A stretch of DNA of 64,000 bases, from positions 124,001-188,000 of the forward strand of contig JBODTK010000121.1 of assembly GCA_050613775.1 (NCBI GenBank), written 5' to 3'. Numbering within the stretch: the first letter of the stretch is position 1; each line of letters begins with the position of its first letter. Origin of the DNA: Neocallimastix sp. 'constans' (taxonomy: Eukaryota). Of this stretch, positions 38,377 to 54,085 are shown piece after piece. A model generated the notes under the pieces. That model was not told the origin of the DNA and ran no database searches. It saw nothing but the letters and a program-made list of their open reading frames with translations. The translations under genes and the position numbers were made by a program.

Positions 38377-41300
38377 AAAATCTTTTTACTTCTATTGTTT
38401 TGATGTTTACTGGAAAAAAAATTAAATAATTCTATTTAAATAGAATTAAAATAAGATTATAAAATAATAATAAAATATTATATAATATATATATTTAATT
38501 AATAATATAATGTTTTATACTTTTAATTAGTAATATATTTCTTTTTTTTTTTTTTTTTTGTTTCTTTTTGTTTTTTTAATAATAAAAAAATTTAATTATA
38601 ATAATTTTTATAATAATATTATTATTTTTATAATTATTTTTATTATTACTTCTTTTTCTTTACCTTTAAAATATAATAAAATTATTTTAATAAATTAGAA
38701 TAAATTATATCTTTTATCAATAAAGATTTTCTACTGTTATAAATAATTTAGAGTTATTTTTTTTTGCTTAGTTTTTTTTATTATTTTTTTATTATTAAAT
38801 AATATAAATTAAAATTAATTTAATCTATTACTTAATAAAAAAAAACTCTATATAGTTTTAAAAATAAATATATATATTCTTTCTTTAATAGTAATAATTC
38901 TTTAGTATATTTTTTCTTAAACAAAAAAATTTCAAAAGAATTATTTAAAAAAAAATATTTATTTATTTAAAAGTTGGTTGTTTTTTTTTTTAAAAAAAAA
39001 TTATAAATATATTTTCGTTTGAAAATATTACTTAGGATTATATATTATTAGTATTGTTATTATTTGCTTTATTTATTTTTTATTTAAATAATAAAAACAA
39101 ATTTTACTAAAAAATAAATTTCTATATGTGAAAAAAAAATATTATAGTAGTATTATTTTTGTTTTGATTACTTTTTCCTTATATTTGAAAAAAAAAATTC
39201 GATATAAAGAAAAATAAATCTAAAATAATATTATTTCTCAATACAATTATTTTTTTTCTGAAAAAAATAAAAGAATTAAATTTTTTTTTCTATTTATTGT
39301 AATACTTTTTTAAATATAAAAAGTTTTTATAATTAAAAATTTATTAATATATTATTGTTAGATAAAAATTTATTATTATTTTAAAATATTTATATATTTA
39401 GAATAGAAAACAATAATTTATTATAAAAAAAAGTATACTTTTTTTAATATTAATTCAATTATTGCACTATACTATTTAATTAATTTTATTGATTTTTTTA
39501 TTATATCAATTACTAATTATTTATTTTATTAGTTATGATTAAAAAAATGAAATTATTATTTTAATTATTTGTATTAATTTATTTTGTTTGTTTTTTCTAA
39601 AATAAAAAAAAAAATTTTAAATTATAATTTGTTTTCTGAAAAAAAAATAACTTTATATTTAAAATAGGTTAAATATAAAATGTTGCTTCTTTTCTTTATT
39701 AATTAAAATTATATTATTATATGTATTTACTAAAAGTAAATTAATATATAAACATATTATATATACAAAGTATAATTTTTCTTTATAAAAAAAAATTCAA
39801 TATTAAAATTAGTTTTTTTTTTTATTATATTATTTTTTTATCAAAATTTAATAATTTTAACAATTTTTTAAATATAAATTACTTTTTAATGAAAACTATT
39901 GTTTTATTATTATTAAATTAGTTTGTATTTATTTTTGTTGTTATATAAAACTTTTTTTTTTTAAATTAATGTATTATTGTTTTTGATTATTATTAAATTA
40001 GTTTTTTTTAAAAAGATAATTATATTAAATTAGATTAGATTTTTATTATTTATTATAAAGTATATATACTAGGGTAATAAAAAAAATATAATAATATTTT
40101 TTTAAAATGATTATGTATAATAATTTATTGTATTTTTTTTTTATTATTTCTCAAAAAAATTTTTTTTTTTACTAAAGCATATTATTTTTAAATAATAATT
40201 AAAAATGTGCTTTATTGGTATTCCTAAACTACTTTTAATAAAAAAAATTTTTTTAATTTATTTTCACTAATTGTAATAAATTATTATTTTTTTATCCTTA
40301 CTAATTAAAAAAAAATATGTATATTTTTTTTAAAGAAACATCAATATATAAACTTTAAAAAAATTCTCTTTCTTTAATTGTAATTATCTTTTATTGTTTA
40401 GATTTTCTTTTTAGTTTTTGCTTTTGTAGTATTATTTATTTGATTGCTTTAATTTAAAAATTTATTGCATTATCTTTTTTATTTATTTATTATTTGTTTG
40501 GTTTGTTTTTTTATTTTATTTTATTAAATATGAAAAAGAAAAGTATATAAATAAAGTTTTTTTTTTTATTATATTTATTTATAATATTAAAAAATATAAA
40601 TAAAAAAAATTAAATATTATTCTATATCATGAAATCTATTTTCTAAATATGTGAATATAAAAAAATTAGCGTTTTCTTCTAACATTAAATAATGAATAGA
40701 ATTCTATATAAAGCGTATTTAAATAATTTAATTACTAATAAAAAAATTTTTTTTCTATTTTACTCTATTGTGTGAAATTGAAAAAAAAAATATTAATATT
40801 ATATTGTAATTAACTTATTTTATAATACTAATTTCTATTTATTGAATAAATTATGAAAAAAATTTTTATTATTTTTTCTTTAATAATATAAATAAAATTA
40901 TTTCATAAATAAAAAACTTATTTCTTATTTAAATTTAAAAAAAGGACAATCTTTTTTATTTTAATTAAATTAAATAAATCTAAATAAAAAAAGACTATCT
41001 TCTATGTTTTTTTTTTCTTTTTTTAAATAAAATAAAGCATTTATAATACTTTTGTTTTTCTTTTTATGTTTTGTTTTTTTATTAATTTTTTTTTTTTTGT
41101 TTTGTTTTTTGTTTTAAAAGAAAAAAATATATTTTTCTCTTTTATTTTAAAATTTTATTTTTTTTTTTTATTAAAAACAAGTAAAAAATATTTTTATATT
41201 TTTTTAATTAAAAATATTTTCAAAGAAAAAAGAAAAAAAAAAAGAGAAAAAAAATTTTTTAACTATTTGAAAGAAAATGCCTGTCTATTTATATGAAAAA

Positions 41301-43212
41301 CAAAATAAAAGTGATTAAAACCTTAATTACTATTTTTTAATCAATAAAAAAAAAAATATACATATATATATTATATTTTTTTTTATGTAACATAATTTTT
41401 ATATAATTTTAAAAAAAAAAAAAAAATTAAATTAATAAATATATAATTAAATAAATAATTTATTTATATTAATTATAAATATTACTTTATCTTTTATTAT
41501 ATATTTAACTATATTCATTGACTTCATTTATGAAAATGGTCATCCATGTTTTATAACTTAATCCTTATTTAATTAATCTAAGATTTCATATATTTAAATT
41601 TAATTTTACTTTTAAATTTATAATATATTAAAAGTATAATATATCTATATACATATTATTTTATAAAAAAAAAATAAAATATTTATTAAATTTAAATTAT
41701 TAATATAATTGAATTTTTATTATGATTTAAAGTTCAAAAATCTAATACATTTTTATTTTATTGAGGTTAGACAAAATAATTAACTCATAATAAATTATTT
41801 ATCATCTGTAATATATTAAAATATAAATATAATAAATTTATTTAATTATTTATATCATATATTAATGAAATAATCCATTTTATTTACAATTTAATTAAAT
41901 ATATGTAAATTTTGATGATCTATTTAATTATATTTTGATTTATTTGATAATATATTATATTTTAATATTTTTGAATATTTTTTTTTTTAAAATTTTTCAA
42001 ATAAAAAATCTATTTTGAAGCTTTTTAATAAGATTATGAAATTAATTATTAAATTAAATTGGTATAAAACACTTTATATTGATTAATATTAAAAAAAAAT
42101 AGTATTCAAATTTTAATAAATTTTTATTTGTTTATTATATTAAAATACATATTAAAATATAATAGATAAATAAATGGGAAACTTTTTCAAATTATAAAAA
42201 GAAAAAGTTAAAAAAGGAAAAAGAGAAAAAGAAAAAAAAAAAAAACTTTAAAAAAAAAAAATTCCAAAGCTTTGCAAAAAAAAGAAAAGTACAAAATTTT
42301 TTTTAATTTTATGAAATATATGATTTAATCTATATTAATATATTAAATAAAATAAAATAAAATTAAAATATATTAAAATATTAATAATTAAAATTTTTAA
42401 TAATAAATATTAAAAAAAAATAGAAAATATGTATAAATATGGTGAACTGTGAAATAAATAATATAACTATAAAACTCTTTATAAAAACTTTATTTATCCA
42501 TATAATTAACTATAATATAATATAAAACGTCTTTAAATATTCACATAATATAGTGTAACCTATTTTCATATATTATAATATAAAATGATATAAATACTTT
42601 ATATATTTTATTTTTACCTTTTTAAACTTTTTTATTCTTAAAAATAGTGATAATTAATTCAATATCAAATGGAGATAAAAAGAAGGCTAAATTACTTTAT
42701 TATTAAAAATAAAAAAAATAAAATAAAAAAATAAAATAAAAGATAAAATGAATATTTATATATATTTAAATATATAAATATATTATTATATATATTATCT
42801 ATATAATTTTATATTATATAAATAAATATTAAATAATTAATTTTATATATCATGAATAATAATGCATGAATATATATATATAAATATATATATCTAAATA
42901 AAATTAAACCAACTAGAATAAAATATATGATCAATATATAATATATAATAATAAATAAATAAAAATATTTATAATAGCATAACATAAATATAATAAATTA
43001 AATATTAACTAAATCTAAAGATATAAAAAAAAAATTTATAATATATATTTATATATTTAGATTTAAATAATAAAAAAATAAAAATGCATTAATAATTTTA
43101 TAAATTTATGTTTTATTTATTACTATATATATAATATTATATAAATCTTTTTTTTTTTTTAGGTTTATTTCAATATATCCAACTTTAATATAAAAATATA
43201 TATATATAATAT

Positions 43213-43255
<43 letters not shown>

Positions 43256-43641
43256 TTCCTATGCTTTATGTTTGATACTTTTTACATGCTGCTTTGATGG
43301 CTCTGACAATAACATAACCAATTAAATAATCAATAATAAAACAAAAAAAAACATTAAATTTAATAATAAAAGTTTTGTATTTTGTATTATTATTATTTAT
43401 TATTATTATTTATTATTATTTATTAATTAATTAATAAAATAATAAAATAAAACTAAAAAAAAAAAAAAAAAAAAAACCGAAAGAAATAAAAATAATAATT
43501 AATTAATTATTTTTCCTCATTAAGCAAAAAAAAAAAAAAAAAAGGCATCAATATTTAAATGGTCAAATTTTTAAAATATATAATTTTTTTATTTTTTTTT
43601 TTAATTAAATATGAATGAAATAAATTCTCATATCTTTATTA

Positions 43642-43691
<50 letters not shown>

Positions 43692-43694
<3 letters not shown>

Positions 43695-43852
43695 TATTAT
43701 AATTATTTATTTATTATTATAATTATTTATTTATTATTATAATTATTTATTTATTATTATAATTATTTATTTATTATTATAATTATTTATTTATTATTAT
43801 AATTATTTATTTATTATTATAATTATTTATTTATTATTATAATTATTTATTT
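43692..43852. repeat. 20-bp tandem repeat (TTATTATTATAATTATTTAT), about 8 copies, following (TTA)n
   Basis: Perfect 20-bp periodicity. Confidence 0.85.
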
Positions 43853-44769
43853 TAATTTTTAACTTTTCAAAAAAAAAATTTTTTTTTTATCATGGGGGAA
43901 GAAAAGAAGAACGAAAGAAGAAAAAAAATTTTTTTTTCATAATTGAATATCTTTTTTTTTTTTTTTTTAACTTGCATCTACATCTACATTTTGCATTTGC
44001 ATTATTTATAATTAACACAGTTTAATCCATTTAATTGCATAAAACAAAACAAAACAAAACAAACAAAACAACAACAACAGCAAAAAAATGAACCAGTAAA
44101 ATATTAAAAAAAAAAAAAAAAAAAAATAAAGTAAAAAAAAAAATTTTTTTTTTATAAACTTTTTTATATAATAGAATATCACTTTTTAATATAAAAATGA
44201 AACGACTTTTAATTAATCTCAAGGTATTTATTTATTTATATATCTATTTATTTATTTATTTATTTATTTAATAATCTATTAAATTATTTATTTATTTATT
44301 AAATTATTTAATAATCTATTAAGGTATTAATAATTAATGACTATTCAATTATTAAATGATTCATGGAATTTGTAAAAATAAAATAAAATAAAATTTTTTT
44401 CTTTTATAACTCTTTATTAATATGAATTTATTTTAATCTAAAGAAAGTAACAAAAAAAAGAAGGTTAAACGAAACCTTTTCCTATACATCGATAGATAAA
44501 TTGAATAATAGATTCATTCTAAAGTATAATGAATAGCATATTGATATATATTTATATACAACTTTTATATATATTTTATTTCTGAACACAAAAGATGACA
44601 AAATATTATGTAAAAAAGTTTTTGTTTTAAAAATTTTATTAACATTCTTACAAGATGCTTTATTCATCATTTCAATCAATTATTTCATTTCTATTTTAAT
44701 TAATAATTAATTAAATTATCTTTATATTCAATTTATTTATTTATTATTATTCAACTATTTATCATTTAT

Positions 44770-45105
44770 TATTTATTAATAAATACTCTTTATTATTATT
44801 TATTATTTATTAATAAATACTCTTTTTATTATTTATTAATTATTAATAAATACATTATTATTTATTATTTATTATTTATTAATAAATACTCTTTATTATT
44901 ATTAATTATTTATTATTTATTAATAAATACTCTTTATTATTATTAATTATTTATTATTTATTAATAAATACTCTTTTTATTATTTATTATTTATTAATAA
45001 ATACTCTTTTTATTATTTATTATTTATTATTTATTAATAAATACTCTTTTTTTATTATTTAATTATTTATTATTTATTAATAAATACTCTTTTTATTATT
45101 TATTA
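44770..45105. repeat. Dispersed minisatellite with core TTATTAATAAATACTCTTT
   Basis: About 8 copies here; inverted copies at ~50705-50840 and further copies at ~55645-55785. Confidence 0.75.
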
Positions 45106-47117
45106 TTTATTATTCATTATATATTATTTATTATTTTTTTATTTATTATTTATGATTTATGATTTATATATATAATTAGTAATACTATTATTGTGTTCAA
45201 TATTAATATTATTTATTAGAGCTTATTTAACTAACTTTATTAAATGTAGTTTAATTATTTTAAAAATGAAATAAAATTAAATAAAAGTTTAAAAAATAAA
45301 ACAAAAGAAAGAAAGGAAAAACTTTTTTTTTTCTAAAATAATATAATGTCTTCTTAAAGCTAATATTGGTTTTACAATTAAATTAATGATTTAAATTCAA
45401 TCTTGTATTTTTAATTTAATTCTTTATATTTTTAATTTATTCATTTATATTTTTAATTTAATTCTTTATATTTTTAATTTATTCATTTATAATTTTAATT
45501 TATTAAATAAAAAAAATAATTTTTTTTTGGTAATATCTTTAAAAAAGAGAAAAAAATTTTTTTTTTGTTCTTTGTAATAATTTAATTTTAATATATATAT
45601 TTTATTTTTTATTTTTTATTTTTTTATTCTTTTTTAATATCATTACCAAATATGGATTTAGTTTCAAGAGAAATAATAATAATAATGGTATATGGAATTA
45701 ATATTGAAAATTATCTAATAATTATTAGTTATTTTTTTTTATTGAAATTTTATGAAAAAAAGAAATAATATAATCTTCCATGATTTTTGAAAAAAAGTTT
45801 TACATATTATAATAGAGATGACAAATTTTGTTCTTATATATATAACATTTATTAATTGTAAAAACATATACATTGATTTAATATTTTAATTTTTTTTTAT
45901 TTGTTATTTTAGATTTTATATTTTAAAAATTTATAAATACCTTTGTATAAAAAAAAATAATAAAAAAGAATTAAAATATTAGAAAAATTAATTTTGTATT
46001 ATATAATATTTTATCTTTTTTTCTTTTCTTAATTTTAATTGTTTGAATCATCGCTTATTTATGAACTTTAAAAAATAAATAAATGAATGAATAATAATTA
46101 ATTAATTAATTAATTAAAATTAATTAAATAACAAATAATTAAATAAATATTTATATATAAATAAATAAATAATAATTATTTAATTATTATTATTTTACCT
46201 AATCACTAATATAACTATTTCAAGCATTTTGAAACAAAAAAAAAAAAGAGAAAAAAAAAGTTTAACAATGCAATTAATTTAATTTACATAGTAATATTAA
46301 TATATACAGTAATATATTATAAATATATTAATATATATCACATATATTACAAATATAATGATAAATATAAATTATATATGTCCTCATCTATCTAACATAT
46401 ATTAATGTATAATGATAAATATATATATTTAAATTGATTAATATATAAAAATAAATTTTAATTTTTTGAAATTTAATTTTTATTATAAAAAAATGTTTTT
46501 TGGAAAAATGGTAAAAAAAAAAAATTCGCAAAAATAAAAAAATAAAATAATATAAAATAATACAATAAAAATAATAATAAAAATAATATAAAAAATAAAA
46601 ATAATATAATATAATATAATAATAAAATCATCAGAGATTTTTATTTTTCTTTACTTTTATCTATTTCTAATAATGAAATATAAAAGGATAAAAGTATAAA
46701 ATTAGGTTTAAAAAAAATAAAAAAAAAAATATTAAAAATAAAGTTTTTTTTATTATTCCGAATTTTTTTTTTTTTTTTTTTTAATTTTTTTTTTTTTACC
46801 GAATGTGGATTTCAATCAATGATAGTTAATATTTAATTTTTAAATGTGTCATGATAAATTTTTAGCACCTTGAAATTATAAATAGAGTATTGTCATACTG
46901 TTATTTTAATATATACATTTCATTCATTGATAATAACCTATAGCTTCTTATACTGCTTTATCTTTTATCTTTAATTTTCTTTCCTTCTTTCTTTCTCTTT
47001 ATCATTTAAAATAAAATTTGAACTAGATAAATATAGATACATATACCTACCCTAAATAAAAAAATGGTTTGAAAATAGTAAATAAAAAAAAAATTAAAAA
47101 TTAAATAGTTCAATATT

Positions 47118-47156
<39 letters not shown>

Positions 47157-47359
47157 TTAATTTTTTATTAATTATTTATTTATTTATTAATTAATTAATT
47201 AATATCTGTTATAAATAAATTTTATTTTTATTATATATTCAATTTTTTTTTTTTAAAAAAAAAAATTAATTTCATTTTTATTATAATTATATATATATAT
47301 TTTTTTTAATTATTAATAATTCTATTTAATATTTCAATTAAAATCTACATTTTAAATTG

Positions 47360-48130
47360 ATTTTATTTTATTTTATTTTATTTTATTTTATTTTATTTTA
47401 TTTTATTTTATTTTATTTTATTTTATTTTATTTTATTTTATTTTATTTTATTTTATTTTATTTTATTTTATTTTATTTTATTTTATTTTATTTTATTTTA
47501 TTTTATTTTATTTTATTTTATCTTATTTTATTTTATTTTATTTTATTTTATTTTATTTTATTTTATTTTATTTTATTTTATTTTATTTTATTTTATTTTA
47601 TTTTATTTTATTTTATTTTATTTTATTTTATTTTATTTTATTTTATTTTATTTTATTTTATTTTATTTTATTTTATTTTATTTTATTTTATTTTATTTTA
47701 TTTTATTTTATTTTATTTTATTTTATTTTATTCAATCTGTATTTATATTTATATTTCAACTATTTATTTTATTTTATTTTATTTTATTTTATTTTATTTT
47801 ATTTTATTTTATTTTATTTTATTTTATTTTATTTTATTTTATTTTATTTTATTTTATTTAATTTTTTTATTAAGAAGTTGTCTCAAATGTGGTTCAATAC
47901 ATAATGAATGATTCATGAAGTGATCAGCATCTTTAAATGCAATTCTATTAAAATAAAATTTAAACACAAGATGCAATAGAATAATCATTATTAATAGTTG
48001 ATAGCTAATAAAAAAAAAATTGTGTTTGTATTACCTTTTTAATTATTACTATTTAACTATTAAATTATTAAATTATTATATATTAATTATTGATATTAGG
48101 CTATTAAATTATTAATTATTATTATTATTA
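47360..48130 (-). mobile_element. Second copy of the (AAAAT)n-tailed dispersed repeat, with ~500 bp of (TTTTA)n microsatellite
   Basis: The unique core AAGAAGTTGTCTCAAATGTGGTTCAATACATAATGAATGATTCATGAAGTGATCAGCATC matches 30777-30836 in reverse complement. Confidence 0.8.
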
Positions 48131-50526
48131 AATTATTAATTATTGCTATTCAACTATTAAATTATTAAATTATTACTGTTAGATATTAATAATTGATATT
48201 AAATTATTAAATTATTGTTAATAGATATTAATAATTGATATTATATATTAATTATTTACTATTAAGTTTTTAAATTATTGATATTAAAAATATTACTATT
48301 ATATTAGTGTCAGTATTTAAGTTAATTAATTATTATTATTAGATATTAATAATGAGTGATTTAACATTTGTACAAATATTATACTTTTAATATTTTATTA
48401 TTAACAAATAATACCTTTAAACTAACCATCGCTTTTTATTTGTTATTTTTTTATTTTTCTTTAATGAAATATCAATTAAAAATTGAAAATAAAATAAAAA
48501 TAAATATTTTTTTAAGATCTCTTTGAAAATATTCCAGTAATATATATGTTTTTTTTTTTTTTAATTATGCATTTATTTAATTATAATTATATACATTTAT
48601 TTTTTAATAAATATTTTTTTTTTAAAATTAATTTTATTATTTTTTAATTTTTTTTATATAATTAATTTTTTTAATTAATTATTTATAATATTATAAATTT
48701 TTTTTAGTAATTTTTTAATTATTATTTTTTTTTAGTTATTGAGAAAGGTAATTAAATATTATACTATTCTATATATTATTATATTATTAAATAAATAAAT
48801 AAATAAAATTAATCATTGATATATGGAAATTCAACCATTAAATCGTGTAACGTTGAACAGGAATGAATAAAGATGAAAAAAATCAAAAATATTCCAAAAA
48901 AAAAAAAGTTTATTTGAATAAATTAAATAATTAAATAATAAAATAATTAAATAATTAAATAATAAAATAATTAAATAATTAAATAATAAAATAATTAAAT
49001 AATTAAATAATTAAATAAATAATTAAATAATAAAATAATTAAATAATTAAATAATTAAATAAATAATAAAATAATGAAAATTTGAATAATAAAAAAAGAA
49101 AATTAAAAAAAAAAAGAAAAAAATTAGTAAATGAATCACTAATAATTCTTTCTATGAAAATTATTAATTCTATAATAATTATAATCAAATGAATTAAAAA
49201 AGAAATTCATAAAAACAAAAAACAAACAAAAAAATAAAACAAAATTAATAAAAAAAAAAAAAAAAATTGATTAGAATACTTGTTTCAATTTCATCTTTAA
49301 TTAATAGTAATAATTCTTATTTTTATTTATTTTTATTTGGATAAAAAAAAAAAAACTTTTTTTTTTTTTTATATTCATTCTTCCATAATTAGGATTAATT
49401 TTTAGATTTTTGATATAATAAATATTTTTGTTTTTTTTTTTTTATATATATAGATAAATATTTTTGTTTTTTCTTTTTTTTTCTATCGAATGACATAAAA
49501 TAAAATAATAAATTTTAATATATTTTAGTGTAAAAATAGAATATAATAAAAAAAAATATACATGGTATAGTATAAAATGATACCAACTGACCAGCCTTGA
49601 ATGAATTCTATTTGACATGATGGTGTCATAATAAGGATGTAAATCTTTGGGTTTTAATATATATATATACTAATAATAATTTAATAGGAAAAAATAATGA
49701 TGATGAATATATCATTACATATTTTATAATTAAAAATCAATTAATAATTATATTTAAATATTTAAAAAAATATATATATTTAAATAGATAGATTAAATAA
49801 ATAGATAAATAGATAGATATGATGAATATATATAAAATAATAAATAGTAAAAAAAAATGATAATGATAAATGAATTATTAGTCAAAAAAAAAATCATTAT
49901 TTTTTATTATCATTATTATTACATCATAAACTCTAATAAAAAACTTTAATAAAAAAAAATACTAATAATAGTAATGATATTACTAATAATTGTAATATTA
50001 ATTGATATAATAATAATAAATAATAAAGTATTGAAAAAAATATAATATAAAAAATAAAAGTAAAATATATATATATATAATATGAATATTAAAAAAAGAT
50101 AAGTAATTATATAAGGCATCATAAACAAAAAACATAAAATATAATATAAAAATATATAGGAAAATTAAAATAAAATTTTAATAATATAAAAAAAAAATTA
50201 ATAAAACAATGTAAAAAAAATAAATAAAATAAAATAAAATTAAAAGAAATGAAAAGAAATGAATAAAAAATAATAATCACAAAATGCATATTTATTAAAA
50301 ATAAAAAAATAAATACTTTTTGTACAAAAAAAAAAATAATAATAATAAAAATAAACATAATAAAATAAAATAAAAATTATTAAAATAATATTTGAAATAT
50401 TAAAATAATAAAATTAAATTATATATATATAAATATATATAAAAAAAATTAAAAAAAAATAAACCATTTATATTTTTTTTGCTTTGTTTTGTTTTTATTC
50501 TTTCTTTTTTTTTTTTTTTATTTTTT

Positions 50527-50595
<69 letters not shown>

Positions 50596-53364
50596 TATTC
50601 ATTCTATAAGATTTTTAGATGATTATAAGTAGAAGAAAAAATAAACCTTTTAAATAATTTAAAACATATTATATGTATATTAAATATAAAATAATTAAAT
50701 AATAAGAAGAGTATTTATTAATAAATAATAAATAATAAATAATAAAAAGAGTATTTATTAATAAATAATAAAAAAAAAGAGTATTTATTAATAAATAATT
50801 GAATAATAAAAAAATAAAGAGTATTTATTAATAAATAATAAATATAAAATAAATGATTATTTCTATTATAATTTATATATAGAATATATATAATATAGAA
50901 TATATTTAATATATGTATATATAATATTGATTTAAAAATTTAATATTAACTATATAAAATATATATATAATTATAAAATATTAATATCTTAAATAATTAC
51001 TAACCCCATTTTATTTTATTTCAAAAATAATTGAATTAATAGATTTATTGATTTACATTTAAATATAAATTATACAAAATATTACAATACAATATTTATA
51101 TATATTAAATATCTTCTTTTTTATTTGTTTTATAAAATTTAAGGTTTAGTAATAAATAAACAATTTTCCGGTTTATTCCGAATTAAAAAAAAAAGTATGG
51201 ATGAATTAAATAATTAAAAAAAAAGGGATGATCCAAAAACGGAAATTGTTCTACTCTAAAAATAAAAATAAAAATATTCAAATTAATAATATGTATATAA
51301 TTAAAGTAATAAAACTTTAATAATTAATAAAACATATTTTATTTTGAATTCATTTACTTTATTATAACTTATAAAAATTATTGGATAAAAAAAAAATTAA
51401 AATAATTCAAAAATTTTATATATATTAGTTTAAATTAAAAATGAAAAAATAAATAATATAATAAATATAAATATCCATATAAATAAATAAATTGAACTTT
51501 AATAAAAAAAAGTTTACTAAACTTTTTTTATTTTATATTTATATAAAGATAAATTTTATTATTTTTTTTTATAGATTTAGTCCTAAAAATCTTTATGTAC
51601 TTTTAAACTAAAAATAATATTATTATTAAAATAATAAATATATTATAAAGAAAAATTTTAATTGATATATTACATATCTATATATACTTTTTTCTTATAA
51701 AATGTTAACTTTAAGATTACTATTTTTTTTTTGTTATTTTTTAAATAGTCATTTTCAATAATTTGAGTAAAAAAGAAAATTAATTAATAAAAAAATAATA
51801 AAATGTAATAAAAGGAAATAATAAAAAAAAAAAGCAATAATAATTAATTAATCATTTGAATTCTTTTATAGTAAAATCGTTTTATTAATTCTTAAATTAA
51901 TTTAATAAAAAAAATTTTTTTTTGAATAAATTAAATACTCTAGAACCTTTTTTTTTTTTTTACTTAATTAACAATATATAATTATATATTTAATATTTAA
52001 TATACTTTATTTATTTATTTATTATTTATTATTTATTTATATTATTTATTTATTTATTTATTTTTTAATAATTATTTTGTTTTAATTTTTTTTTTTTTTT
52101 TTTTTGTTGTTTTTTTTAATTTTATGTTTACTTATTTTGTGTTTTTTTTTGTGTTTTTTTTTATTATTTAAATTATTAATTAAAATTTAATTTACCCTTT
52201 TTTGTAAATTAAAAATTAAATTTTAATTAATAATTTAAATTTAATAAAAATTAAAATCAAATCAAATGAATTTAAAAATAAATTTTTTAAACTTTATTTA
52301 TTATATTTTTAGATTATTTCGATGGTTGTACAAATATTTTCTTTTCATTATAAATATAAATCAATTTAGATTAAATATATAATTTATCATAATTATTAGG
52401 ATAGAATTAAAAAATTCTCTCATTATTTAAACTTCTTTTATAGATTTATAATAAAAATAAAATAAATATATTTCAAAATAAAAATAAAACATAAAAGTAA
52501 ATAATAAAAAAATTTTTTTTTCTCTTATTTAATAATTTGTTTTTAAAAATTAGTTAAAATGACTTTTCATAAAAAAAAATAATAATAATATATAAATAAA
52601 TAATTAATTAATTAATAATTTTGGTTTTTTTTGGTTTCGCTTTTATTTTATTTTTATTTTTTTTTAATTGATATACTTTTCAAAAAATAAAGAAAAATAA
52701 AAAATTTAAAATAAATGGTTTAAATGAATTTAAAATAAGTAAAAAAATAACAATAAAAAAAAATAAGAATTAAGGATTATAATAAAATAAAATAAAATAA
52801 AGTAATGAAAATTTTACAAGTTCTAGATTATATTTCTTTTTATTATATATTATTTCGATCATTTCAATAATTATATTATTCCATTATTTCTTTTATTTTA
52901 TTATTTCTTTAATTTAATATTATAATATTCAATGATCTATTGAATAATTTATCTAGTATTAATCTATTAATAGAAAAGATTTATTCATTTATTAATAATA
53001 AGTGAGATGACTTTTTTTTTTTTTTACTTTATTTTTATATACACTCATTAATTGAATTTGATACAAGGATCAATTTAATGAACCCTTTTTCTTCTAAATA
53101 AAAAAATATAAATAAAAATATAAAAATATAAAAAATTAATAAATAAGTAACAAGATTTGATTTTAAGGAGTTAGAAAACAAAAAAAAAAAAAAAAAAAAA
53201 TTAAATATTTTTATGTTTTCTTTTGTATATTTGTTTTTACATATTTTTTTAAATAAAAATAAAAAAATTTTTTTTTCCTTTTATTTTATCAATATTTTAA
53301 TTTTAATTAATTTTATTTTTATTTCAAATTATTTTATTCAATCTGTATGAAAAAGTTTGACTTT

Positions 53365-53550
53365 AAAATAAAATAAATAGTGAAGTAATATAAAAGAGTA
53401 AAGCATTAATAAAAATATAAATAAAATAAAATAAAATAGTGAAGTAATATAAAAGAATAAAGTATTAATAAAAATATAAATAAAATAAAATAAAATAGTG
53501 AAGTAATATAAAATAAAGTACAGATTGAATAAAATAAATAGTAGAATAAG
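53365..53550. repeat. ~58-bp tandem repeat (about 2.5 copies), related to dispersed motifs at ~5520, ~11080 and ~22110
   Basis: TAGTGAAGTAATATAAAAGARTAAAGYATTAATAAAAAT repeated. Confidence 0.6.
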
Positions 53551-54010
53551 ATAAATTTAAAGGGATTATCAGATGATCTATTCAAATTAATAAAAAAATT
53601 TCAAAAAATATATATATATATTAAAAATATAAATTATAATATAAATTATAAAAATTTAAGTCTAATTATTTTGATTTATCTTTATTCTTAACTTTCACTA
53701 GTTGTTATATTTTTATTTTCTTTTTATTTAATTTTTTTTATTTTTTTCAATAATTTTTAATATTCTTTTTTTTTTTTTTTTTTTCCTTTTATAAATATAT
53801 ATTTATATAATAAAATAATTATTTATTTAATAATTTTTTATATTTTTATTTACTTTTTATTTAATTTATTTGTAGAAAAAAAAAATTTGAAAACTTAATA
53901 ATATAATATGATAAAATATAGAATCTAGAATATATAAATATTAATGGAGTGTGTTCACTTTTATTGTTTTCTTTTTAATTTTTTTTTTTTTTTTAATTTT
54001 TATTTATCTT

Positions 54011-54085
<75 letters not shown>

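Noticed and set aside
47357..47911. 184 aa ORF of (ILFYF)n
   Set aside because: Translation of a (TTTTA)n microsatellite.
49560..49650. Small GC-richer patch with a TGATACCA/TGGTGTCA hairpin
   Set aside because: No convincing C/D or H/ACA boxes and no second copy; too little evidence.
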